Shown here: positions 1 through 11,500 of the stretch, one piece after another
Layout of the letters: each line of letters starts with the position of its first letter
Numbering within the stretch: position 1 is the first letter of the stretch
Assembly (NCBI RefSeq): GCF_000143415.4
Contig: NW_003314284.1
Coordinates: 974,693 to 1,038,692 of the forward strand
DNA: 64,000 nt
Direction of reading: 5' to 3'
Source of the DNA: Selaginella moellendorffii
Taxonomy: Eukaryota; Plantae; Lycopodiophyta
The notes under the pieces: model-generated
What the model saw: the letters and a program-made list of their open reading frames with translations, nothing else
The model's database searches: none
Told to the model about the DNA's origin: nothing
Made by a program: the position numbers and the translations under genes

Positions 1-1590
1 GTTCCTACCTTGTCTATGCAGGGCTACCACGAACCGATTAAACCAATCCATTCCGAAGATCATGTCAAATCCCGCCATGTCCAAGACGGTGAAATCCATG
101 TCCACTTTCCATGTCCCCACTTCGACTCTCGCTTGTCGAAGTACCTCATCGGTGCTTTGGCTACCTTGAACAAACTCTATAGTCCTTGGTTCGCCTAGCC
201 GCTGCACCGTTAGTCCGGCTTGCCGGACTATGTCTGCAGCCACAAAATTATCCGAAGCACCCGTGTCAATAAGGATCTTAACAAAGCTACCTCCGAGCTT
301 CCCTCGGAGGGCTAGTAGATGTCGCGAACGACTCTCTACCAAAGTTGCTCGTGTAATGAGTAACTTTGAGTTAGGGACTGGATCACATACCTCAGTTTGG
401 ACTTCACCCGACTTGATGGCCATATTGGCTCTGGCCTTCTTCGGGTAGGGACATTCCCTCGAGAAGTGTCCCGCTTCGCCGCAGTTGTAGCATACGTTGT
501 TTCCCACGCTGCTATACGACTTGACCTTCTTATCCGTGGGTTTGTCTTTTTTCGCTTGACTCCCCCACGTACTCGCTCGCTGGCCACCGGATTTGCCTTT
601 CCGGAACCCCGAGGACTCATTCTTAGAGAAACTCTTTTTGAATTTCCCCTTGCTATACGTTCCCCTTGGTTTGGCCCCTTTGCTAAATGTGGATCCCGAC
701 CCCGTCGTGTTCCCCTTTCGCAGGTTATCGTTGAAATGCACCTTGATGGCCGCATCCAACGCTTCCTTGTAGTTGGTCGGGTTCCACCGCATCACCTCAC
801 CGCGAGCCCAGGTTTGCAAACCTGATATGAAGGCATGGAACGCATCCATATCCCCCATATCCGTGACCAGTATCCTCTTTGCCATGAACCCATTCACATA
901 TTCCTGGATGGTTCCAGTCTGCTTCAGCCTACTCAGCTCATCTCTCAGATGCAAAGTGGCATTCGGAGGAACGTATGTTGCGCGGATCCTCGCCTTCATT
1001 ATGTCCCAAGTGGCCACTGGTCCTTCGTTGGCCTCCGTCGTTCTCCACCAAGACTTGGCATTATCTGCCAAGTATGGTTTTGCACATGGGACCTTCTCCG
1101 AGCTCGGTAACCGCAACGCTCGGAAGTAGTCCTCCATATCGTAAAACCAATCCTCCACCACCTTATAGTCGTTCACTCCCTTGAAGACTGGTGGGGGCTT
1201 TGGTTTGTACTTGGGAACTGTCTGAGGGACTGATTCTACTTCGGTTTGTTCGACCTTGTTTGGTTTTGCCTCAGTCCCGGCCGAAAGATCCGCACCTTCT
1301 GCGCTGCCAGCATCCGCAGTCTTTTTCTTTTTCTTCCGCCTCTCGTCACGCTTTAGCTTGCGTACGAGAGTTTCCAGCAGGGCATTGGTCTGTGCCAACT
1401 GTCCTTCTAGCACGTCCAATCGAGCCTTGGACGACCGAACCTCGCCACCGGACTCCTGTTTGGAAGTTTCCTCACTAGAGTCCTCCTCATGCAAGGATTC
1501 CTCATCCATAGCCTCTTGTTCGACTGGAGGCTCCAGCTCCGGCGGAGGTTCCGTCTCCGCCTGGGTTCGCTTACGCCCTGCCCTTGCCAT
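1..1590 (-). CDS. Ty3/gypsy gag-protease (5' part of gag-pol of LTR family A element; frame runs off the window start)
   Basis: ATG at 1590 just downstream of the PBS; CCHC knuckle CYNCGEAGHFSRECP (~450-500); aspartic protease motif ILIDTGASDNFV (~240-280) in frame with the ATG. Probably missing from the ORF track because no stop is reached before position 1. Confidence 0.85.
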   Translation of the reverse strand, partial: MARAGRKRTQAETEPPPELEPPVEQEAMDEESLHEEDSSEETSKQESGGEVRSSKARLDVLEGQLAQTNALLETLVRKLKRDERRKKKKKTADAGSAEGADLSAGTEAKPNKVEQTEVESVPQTVPKYKPKPPPVFKGVNDYKVVEDWFYDMEDYFRALRLPSSEKVPCAKPYLADNAKSWWRTTEANEGPVATWDIMKARIRATYVPPNATLHLRDELSRLKQTGTIQEYVNGFMAKRILVTDMGDMDAFHAFISGLQTWARGEVMRWNPTNYKEALDAAIKVHFNDNLRKGNTTGSGSTFSKGAKPRGTYSKGKFKKSFSKNESSGFRKGKSGGQRASTWGSQAKKDKPTDKKVKSYSSVGNNVCYNCGEAGHFSRECPYPKKARANMAIKSGEVQTEVCDPVPNSKLLITRATLVESRSRHLLALRGKLGGSFVKILIDTGASDNFVAADIVRQAGLTVQRLGEPRTIEFVQGSQSTDEVLRQARVEVGTWKVDMDFTVLDMAGFDMIFGMDWFNRFVVALHRQGRN

Positions 1591-1634
1591 CTCCCAGCAA
1601 TCCGCCTCTATCCTTCGCTAGAACTGAGATAAAG

Positions 1635-1646
1635 GCTCCGATACCA
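1635..1646 (-). promoter_or_regulatory. Primer-binding site (tRNA-iMet type) of family A element
   Basis: Minus strand reads LTR...GGCTTACA ATT TGGTATCGGAGC. Confidence 0.85.
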
Positions 1647-1649
1647 AAT

Positions 1650-2798
1650 TGTAAGCCACAAATTTTTCCTTTCCAATTTGCCAGCTTACCTCGCCTATCC
1701 GTCCAACACCGCCTTGGCTTTTGCTAAGTTCCCTTGCCAAGGTTCTCGCCTATGGTACCAGCTCCTACTTGGTCTCAGCTACTCACTGCACGAGCAACGG
1801 AGTGTTAGCCACCATCCACGGATTCCCAAATCACTCCCAATCCCCCTCCCCGGGTTAGACTGGACTTAAGGTTCGGCTACACTCCCCGCAAGCACAAGCA
1901 GCCAAGCACACCAAGCTTCCAGGTTCCTAACATCCTTTGGTACCACAAGACTTGATCATGGGACCCTCTAAATCCCAAGTCTTGAGTGCAACACTTGCTT
2001 CGGGACGCCGGGGCGAAACACCGTGGCCTAGCGGCCCGGTATGGGTACCTCTTGCCCCCCACTTCCATCCCGAAGGAAGGCCCAAGCCCCTAGGAAGGGC
2101 GAGGACCAATGAGCCGCATGGTACTCAAGTGGGGCACCACTCCACTTGAGCCGAGAGCACCGCAATCGGTTTCCCTTTCGGGAGTGGGAGCTGCTCTTGA
2201 GCACTTCCTTGGATGGCCCCTCCGGCACCAACCAAGTCCATGCTCACTCCCACCCAAGGCCCCTCGGTCCCAGTCCCAACCTCAAGTCAGTTTGGGAGCC
2301 CCACTGGAGAGTCCCTTCTAAACTGGTTCCTGGACCTCACTATCCCTACTATACTTTTGGAACCCCCTGCAGCCCCCCCCCCCCCTGGGAGACGCACGCT
2401 TTGGGCTTTCACCCCTTGACCCGTATTAGTATTTGGACTTAGTCTTTGGCTCGATCTCGGACCCGATTTCGGATCCGATTTCGGATCCGACTTCGGATTC
2501 GGGTTCGGACTCGATCTCGGACTCGATCTCGGACCCGATCTCGGACCCGACCTCGGACTCGACCTCGGACTCGGTCTCGGACCCGATTTCGGATCTCGGA
2601 CTCCGTCTCGAACTCGGTCTCGAACTCGGTCCCCGAGTCGGTCTCGGACTCAATTCCGGACTCGATCTCGAACTCGGTCCTAGAGTCGGTCTTGGACTCG
2701 ATCTTCGACTTGGTCCCATCCGATGAACTCTTTGTCATTTTGGTCATGCTTTCGGGGTTCCTTTAGCCTACGACACCTCGGCGAGTTGGTTCCTTACA
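1650..2798 (-). mobile_element. 5' LTR, family A (TG...CA, ~1.15 kb)
   Basis: TGTAAG...CTTACA termini, adjacent PBS; homologous to 44666-45823 and 12451-13179. Confidence 0.9.
2449..2720. repeat. Degenerate 12-bp (6-bp subunit) tandem array TCGGACTCGATC-like inside LTR A
   Basis: Visible periodicity; produces the spurious SDPI/RTRS ORFs; related arrays at 44750-45026, 4530-4700, 23545-23770, 46085-46190. Confidence 0.9.
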
Positions 2799-3480
2799 AT
2801 AAGGTCTTATTTTGAGGTGCTAGCTCGCTGGAATACAACTTCGTGTATTCATGTCCTACTTATAAAGATCATCTTTGCACGTATTACTCTAACACTTGAC
2901 TATTTTCTGTTCCTTGTGGGCTACCATTGCCCCTTAGGACTATTAGTCCATATAATGAGACTACCGACTCATCCTCCGAGCACACCCCCAACTCCTTGGG
3001 TTTGTTCCATCATTATAGAAGGTAGCCCAGGCTACCATTTCAAAGACTTGTGTCCTCATCTGTATTTGACCTCTCCTGGTCATTAATTCCGGTCTCAAAT
3101 TCATGAGCACCAACCTCAACTATATAAGGATAATCTTGTGACTCTTTTGTTGTTTTGGAGTCTCTATCTTTCCCATGATCCTAACTATAGTTGTTTACCA
3201 TAACTACCTTAGCCAGTTTGCTTAGTCAAACGCTCATCTGGATCACATCCTCAACTCTCTAAGGAAATCTTTATATTGTTCCCAAGATTCTAAAATCATT
3301 CCTTTATTGGCCTTTTTTTATCCACCACATTGCCTACAAGTTCACACACGAACTGTAGTGGGGAGCCATGTCCTCCTCCTGACATGCTGTTCCTCAAGGA
3401 TAGGCCCAATCTTAGGACCTTCCGATGCCAATACAAGTGGTGATATACTTGGCCACTAATAAGAGTCAGACTAAGGAACA
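2799..3480 (-). pseudogene. Decayed 5' UTR/gag start of LTR family C element, interrupted by the family A insertion
   Basis: Follows PBS at 3481-3492; ATG-SGGGHGSP at ~3387; stops downstream. Confidence 0.55.
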
Positions 3481-3492
3481 ACTCCGATACCA
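3481..3492 (-). promoter_or_regulatory. PBS (tRNA-iMet type), family C
   Basis: Minus strand TGGTATCGGAGT three bases after the LTR end. Confidence 0.8.
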
Positions 3493-3495
3493 AGT

Positions 3496-4928
3496 TGTAA
3501 GCAACTAATTTTTCCATTCTACTTTAGTCACTTAACCACCTCTCTATCCACTAGGAGGAGTCTCACTCACAACCTCTATAAGTCCAATTCAGGACTTGTG
3601 CCTTACTAACCACAAGAATGGCATCCATGCCACTCAACCTTTGCACTTGGTTCAAGTGCTCCACTTGTCTGATCCCATAATCAACACCCCAAGGTACCAC
3701 CGACATATCAGCCCATTATGCTAGGCCATGCTCATTCACCTTGGTCACATCAGTTGTCCAACACAACTTGCATTGCAATCTTGTCTCTCAAAGCCTGGGT
3801 CATCCATCCATGAGTGGTCATCCCATATCCACTCCTTAGCATCCTTAGGATTCTTGCAGACATGGGGAATAGCCTTCCTCAATGACTCCTTTTCAGACCC
3901 CACCAAGTCCTTTTCTGTCCATGGCCATGCTCGCCAACACTGCCACTGGATCAAGGCCCACAGGCTTGACCACTAAGTCCCACTAGCCTCTGGGACTTCC
4001 TCACCGTATGACTGTGTCCTTGGTCACCACACCAGAGGGCTACTCCTCTTCCTTTCGACAATTTGAGACTTTGGGATAACATTTCGGAACACCGTGGCCC
4101 TATGCGGGCTTCATGGGTACTCTCCCTGCCTTCCGCCTTTGGGTGCTCTAGCCATGGGCTTAGAGCGAGGTTCCGTTGAGCCATACCAGGTATTTAAGTA
4201 GGTAGTGCCACCCACACTTGGACTGGGAGTATCAACCATTCGATCTCCTAGGGGAACTAGAGCCGGCTCTTGAACACTTTACCAAGCTACCCCGCTTGTC
4301 GGTCAGTATTCACTCTAGCCTTAGACTTCCCAGTGGTTATCCCATCACCCAACACCTGGGCACAGCCTTCTTGGGCCAAATTGGCCTTTCCTGGCCAAAC
4401 TGGCTTCATTGGGATCTAACTCCCACACTCTCCCTACTATACTTTTGGAACCCCCCGCAACGCCCCCCCCCCCCCCCCCCCTGGGGACGATTGCTTTGGG
4501 CTTTCACCCAACTGCTTGTATTAGTATTTAAACTCGGACTCGGACTCGGACTCGGACTCGGTCTCGATCTCAGTCTCGGACTTGGTCTCGGTCTCAATCT
4601 CGGACTCGGTCTCGGTCTCGGTCTTGGTCTCAATCCCGGTTCCATCTTGGACTCCATCTCAGACTCCATATCGGGCCCATCTCGGACTCCATCTTGGGTC
4701 CCTTTTCTAGAGACTCATTTTTTGCTCGCATCGTGCTTGTTCCTTGAGCCCTTCATTGGGAGTTCCACTCCCACTCTCGACCTTTCAAGTTAGAGCTTTT
4801 AGTCCAAACGTGTTATGCTCGTTTGGCTTTTGCTTTGGCCACTACCACGTGGCACCCTTTCGGCTCCACTTTGGGGCTTAGAGGTTTTTGTCTCACACCT
4901 TGCTGCTCTGGGTGTCACCCAACTCACA
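3496..4928 (-). mobile_element. 5' LTR, family C (~1.43 kb)
   Basis: TG...CA termini, PBS adjacent, shared LTR core motif at 4430-4510, hexamer array; partial homologs at 23545-24025 and 45824-46190. Confidence 0.75.
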
Positions 4929-7900
4929 AAAGTGTGATACGCCCTTGCCTGCAGAGACATAGAGAGAGAAGCCAAAGGCCCCAACCCTCATGAGCAAAGA
5001 AACCAAACCCGTCAGTAAGGTTTAGATAGACTACTATAAATAGGCAGTTAGAGTTGTTTACACGGTCATGCCCTTTTAAATGGAATAAGGAACATCGACA
5101 AAGAGGTGAATGACATGACCAGTCTATAGTAGCTACCCCATGACTAGAAATTTCACCATACACACAAAGTGCCAAAGCCAGTCTACCTGTATTGGCCCAA
5201 AAGTCAAAGATCAATAGATGGACAATATCAAAGTCATAGATAATGATATCTTAGAGACTTAATTATTAGTGAATAAATCTTAGATTAGAAGACAAATGTA
5301 TTCTAAGTAAGTTATCATCTGATAAACCAGTAGTAGAGTATAGGAACCACCAAGATCACTATATTTGGAAAACATAGGATTTACTATCTAACAAATTCAA
5401 TAGCCAGTGTATCATCAAAAAAACTCAATGATAAAACTTAACTAGCAAAGATTGTAGATAACATGCCAACAACTTACGAAAAACAACTCAAAAAACACAA
5501 AGTATCATCGACTGGCAAGCAAAATACTCATGAATATATTACCCAAAGGAAATAACATCCCAATCTATCAAAACTAACTTGAACAATAAGCGACAGAATA
5601 GAATGAATGCAGTAAGACTAACAAACATTTATTCATGTCAACTATCGTACTAGCCAATCTAAATAGATCTCGGTCAACAATACCAAGGAACCAGAGTTGC
5701 TCAAGCAAGCATCAGGAACATCATATTGATGTCTTAAACCAAGAGACTGATCCAGAGCAAACCACAAAGAATATATGGTATTATGAAAAGCCATAAGCCT
5801 TCAAAGAGAATAACTAACCATCATAAAAAATTATCAATCATCCCATCAAAAAGAGATATGTAGAATCATTGTCAAAGAAGGAATCCACCATCCCAAAGAA
5901 CAAATCATTCTGGATCAACAATAATGAAGCAAAACCTTTGACAAGGATAATCAACTATCCTAGATGATAATCAATCATCATCAATGATTGCTAAATGCAA
6001 CTACTAACTTCAACATCGAAGCTAATGAGCCAAAATGCCTTCTTCAACAACTTTTAGCAAATGGCATATTGAGCATGAAATTCAAAGAACCAAAAGCTCA
6101 AAGAAGCCTATAGCCAAATCTTGCCTAATAATGATCATAAGTCTTGCATGAACTAACTTTAATGCTAAAGAAGAAATCATGGTATAACCCATAATATCCT
6201 CAACACATCCATAAGCTACACTTCATAATGCCAAAGTTAATAAAGAGCATATTTGCATCAATCCAAAAGTTAAGCATAACGAAGCTATGCTCAACAAGTG
6301 ATCACCAAACGATCTTCCATGAATCCATCTAGAGCAAGATGTAACTCACTTCGTAACAAACACAAGAAAAATCATCAATGATTATATATCCCAACTCAAA
6401 TCTTACAAAGATTCAATCACTAACTCTTCCTCTCATAGAGTTAACATAGTCCATGACTAAATCATTTTTCAAGGAAAAACTCAAAACTTAAACCTTACTA
6501 AGCAATCTCATCTAGAACACAACTAACTCAAATTTGCCACTTAACTCATTTGAACGCTGATATAGTTGTTAACAAGTAAATGCATGAATGCTTAAAACAC
6601 AAAGCTATAGCCAAATCATCAACACTATCTTCATCAAGATTAATAAAACTTAATATCAATCTTATGGAGAGACATCTCATTTCACTTAAATCTCAACATC
6701 AACAATGTCAACAACAAGGCATCACTTCAATGCCATCAACACCATAACAAAGCTAAAAGAAAGCAAGAGTGAATCAACATTCAAAACTCTTTAGGAACCA
6801 AGCTAACCAAAGTCAAAGATACCTTAGTCAGTATCTAAGACTAATCCTTCAGCAAAACTCAGCTACAGATAACACTTCATTAAGGAATGAATCACCACAT
6901 CTAATACTTAATGAAAATCAACGCTATAGACTAAATGTAACTAAATAATATTGACAAAGGTAGAATCGATACACTAATATGGAAAAACCATGTAAGTCTA
7001 ACGATATAATCCTTTGCAACACCATCCAGTAAAGCAAGCCCATCACTGCTAAATCATTATTAAGTGAAGCAAGTGTCACAATCTTCGACAAAGTCTACCA
7101 ACAAACACTAGTCGCAAAGTAACCAATAATCACTCTTCAACTTGCCTTCATAAGACCCAACACTAAACTCATATCATCGAGTCATATACTCATCCAACAT
7201 GAAAATAATACCCCAAGTAAGAGATAAAGGTTCATGGATAAGGACAAATTAAATGACCACTCGAATCCAACTCATCCGCAATAAGCTCACTAATACGTTT
7301 AGCTAATAGCTTCGAGCATGTTTTGAAGAGGCTAGCTATGCATAATGAACACTTTGTCGAAATTAAAGTGAAGACCATGAGATGGACTCATATTAGTACA
7401 TAACCTCCTCATAGACAAAGCTATAGTACAGGTACTAACATTTCAAACTCAAACAACTAAGTTGAACATCACTATCCTCAGTTAAGGCATACGGCCACCA
7501 AAACCAAGTCAAGATCAGTGAGAGCTCACTACTCTTATAGAGTCTTAACAAAATGCAAGGTGCAACTTGCCACTAAGCACAATGCTACAAAAGAAAGGCA
7601 CAAGAGTCTTCCCTTCTTAGAAAAGCGCAACAGTTATTTTTCTACACCAACTCCAAACTTTATCCAACTCAATTGCCTTAACCCCAAAAATCAACATTCT
7701 TTTCGGGTTGCATCATACAAACTACATATTAAGGTCTAAGCTAACCGAAGTTAATTCTAACCCTTTCATTAGTTTGTACTGACTTTCGAAAATAGAATGG
7801 TTTCGAACAAAGTGATCAACAAATCAACTATTAGAAAAGCCTAAGAAAATTTGTGGAAAATTTTCCATTCTAGAGAAAGAATAATTCTTAGTCCAGGAAT

Positions 7901-8554
7901 GCAAACTTTCAAGACTCAACCAACTTTCTCCTACCTACAACTTCACATAGGTTCACCTCAACACAAATTCTCATGATCCAACAATATATCTAAACATCGA
8001 ACATCTTACCCATTTTTTCAATATCCAACATTAATATCTGTAAAATGTAAAATGAACATCCAAGGCTTGATCATAAAGATCATATTTTTGAATATCCACA
8101 TTGCACTAACAGTCTTCTTAAACCACTTTCAAGATCCAATGTAAAGCCAAAACACTAACAAAAAAAATGGCATAGAAAATTAAGCTCTAAAGAAAATTCC
8201 TCATCACTCAAAATAGCAATGCCACTTCCACTAACACAAGTGCTAGCAATGTCCATGCCTCCACTACACACCTTCTCTATTCAAAAATTTACTCGAAGTG
8301 TTAACGGATAAACCGACGAGCTATAGCAAATGAATGCTATAACCCTTTTTCCAACACTATAATGGGCAAACTCAAGGAAACAATGTACCAACTTAAGCTT
8401 AGTATAATGAACCACTATCGAGAATCCAGTCAAAGCTACTACAATGTTACTTCATGTAAGTAGACTAGCTTCACCATCAACCACTTTAGGGTTGATCATT
8501 GTTTAACCAAGCAACTTCGTAAACACATTACTCACTATCATTTGGATATGATAT

Positions 8555-11500
8555 TGTCGTGAATATGACTTCGGGTATCGAAAGTTACCTATCGGCTAGT
8601 CCTTTCGGATATTCTTTCCTTACTGCCACGACGGCAGGAGGTTGGTATTGCTAGACCCGTTATCAGTTTCCACTTGAGCTAGTTAAGAAACTGGTCAATG
8701 AACAAGCACTTAAATTGGATAAACATAAGGTAAAAACCCTATGTGTTTCTTGCTGAGCATACTTGGCCTGGTTTGAGAAACTTGTGTCATTGGTTTGCAC
8801 TTGCTAGTGTCAAGAACCTTTGCAATATTGAGCTTGGTCCCTCAATATCACTAGATGATAGCTTACTATGTCTGCCAAACACCCTCGCTATCATGCTAGT
8901 CTTATTTCAATCCCAAATGCTATTTATGGAAAGTGTCTAGATTTGCTCATTTGGCATATCTATAGAATGTAGAGATTGACTTGAACATAATGGTGTTCGT
9001 CCCGTGTCCAAATTTGCAATCTAAAGACATTCCATATTTAGTAAGTTTCGAGCTTATCCCAGAGATGAACTCCTTATACTAAGGGAGGCTTGGGGTGAAA
9101 GCCCAAAGTGTGTGTTCCTCAAGGGGGGGGTTATGAGGGGTTCCAAATGTATAATAGGGATAGTAGGTAGGTTGGGGCATGGCCGATCAACCTGAGGTAT
9201 AGTTTAGCTCCCACTTGCGTACCTGTCTTTGTTTTGCGTCCGGCTTGGGTCTAAACCCAAGTTCCATTCCATGCTAGCTAGTGGAGTACTTATATCTTCA
9301 CGTTAGGCCACCGGTATGCCGAAATAGCGCCAAATTCCATTTGGCTCTGTTTTGCATGCTAGTCCTAGCATTGAGATGTTAGTTGCTCTAGGGCTAATAC
9401 AAGTTGCTCCGTGCTTCTATCCCTTTGCTCCTTTGGCTATATGCTTGAGAATCGTTCCGTGCTTTAGTGCTATTGCTCCTTAGCTCCATGCTTGGGAGTT
9501 TGGCACCGTTCCTTCGTTTAGTGGCCCAAGGCTTTAAACCTTGGGTTCCACACCACTGTTCTATGGACACGTGGCATGTGACATGTGGCATATAACACGT
9601 GGCACATGAAGGGTTTAGGTTCTGCTTTGTACGGTAAATCACCATAGGATAAAGAGTCAAAACTACATGTGCTACACTTGGTATTAAAGGATGAGTCTCA
9701 GTGAGTACTATCTAATGAGATTGGGCAACTAGTCCCGTTGTATATGCAGAGATGAAAATGATGATCCAAGTGGGTACACATTTGGGTGCAAAGGCTTTGC
9801 AATCATTCCTTGGGTATAGATTTAATTACCTTCTTGTACCGTAATAATGTGAGCTTGCTCTTGGGCTTATAAAAGGGATGGAGATGTTTTGTTTGCACGA
9901 GTTTAGTTTGGGCTTTTGAGTGAGGCATATTAGCAACTCGAGGTTACGTTTTGAGTTGGCAAGATTAATGTTAACCTATCAGTGGTTCCATGAGTTTTTC
10001 CATGTACTGTGAGTGAAAGTAAACCTTCCCTAGGTTTGCTGTGAGTGGCAAATAGGCTGGTCTACAGCTGTTTAGCATAACACTAGTGGATCCTTCCTAG
10101 GAATGATTACAAGTGGATCAACTAAAACTGTAAGGATTAGTCTATTGGTTCAGGTAGTCATTGCCGTGCTCTCTCATAAACTTTTCTTGGATTGGACTGA
10201 AGGCAGTGTGAAAGCAAGCTTGAGGTTTGGTCAAAGTAAAGACCGAAAAGAGAGTCATTAGGGACGAAGGATCAAACACATAAATCATCTTCTCTTCTTG
10301 AAGAAATGATTTGCAACAAAATGTTGACTCAGTGCTCATGTTCACATTATGCAATCAAGAGTCCCTTCCTTGATGCATGTTGGAAATGATAATCTTGCAA
10401 GTGGTGAGTTATGGGATGGATAGTGGTGAAGTGTTAAACCATGTTGTTTGAGCTTGCTATTAAAAACTTGAGTTACAATGCTCAACTCTTTTCTAGGGAA
10501 TTTTGCTATATTGCTCTTGAATAGCTTAGTGTTGGATTAATTTTGAGTTTGGTCGAAAAGAGAGTGGCATGAGTTTGTCTGTGTTATAAAAAAAAGTTAG
10601 TGGTGTTTAGTGTTATAAATCTCTATTGGTGGAGTGTGACATTTATGTTGCATTTTGTCGAATCAAATAGACACTTGATACTCACATAAACCTTTGTAAT
10701 AGTAATATGGGCATTGTTCGTGGTGTTACTCAATTGATGATCAAATCATTATGATACTTATATCATATCCATGTGATTATAAGTAATGTGTTTACGAAGT
10801 TGCTTGGTTAAACGATGATCAACCCCAAAGTGGTTGATGGTAAAGTTAGTCTACTTGCACGAAGTAGTATTGTAGTAGCTTTGACTAGATTCTCGATAGT
10901 GGTCCATTATGCTAAGGTTATGTTGGTACCTTGTTTCTTCAAGGGTTTGCCTATTAAGTGTTGGAAAGGGTTGTAGCATTCATTTGCTATGGCTTGTTGG
11001 TTTATCCGTTGGCACTTAGAGTAGATTGTTAGATGGAGAAAGTGTGTAGTTGAGGTATTGACATCGCTAACACTTGTGTTAGTGGAAATGGGAATTTTCC
11101 TTAGAGCTTGATTTTCCATGTCATTTTTTTTTTGTTAGTGTTTTGGCTTTACATTGGATCTTGAAGGTGATTGAAGAAGAGTATTAGTGCAATATAGATA
11201 TCTGAAGATATGGTCTTCGTGATCAAGTATTGGATGTTCACTTTGCATTTTATAGATGTTGGTGTTAGATATCAGATTATGGGTAAAGATATTCGATGTT
11301 TAAGCATATTGTTGGATCATAAGAATTTGTGTTGAGGTGAACCTATGTGAAGTTGTTAATAGGAGGAAGTTGTTTGAGTCTTAAAAGTTTGCATTCCTGG
11401 ACTAAGAGTCATTTTTTCTCTAGGATAGAAATTTTCCACAAATTTTTGTAGACTTTTCCAATGGCTAATCTGTTCCATTCCATTTTCATAAGCTAATACA

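Noticed and set aside
2426-2766. RS-, SD- and ESE-rich ORFs (also 44698-45031, 4218-4793)
   Set aside because: Translations of the LTR 6/12-bp tandem array, open in several frames on both strands.
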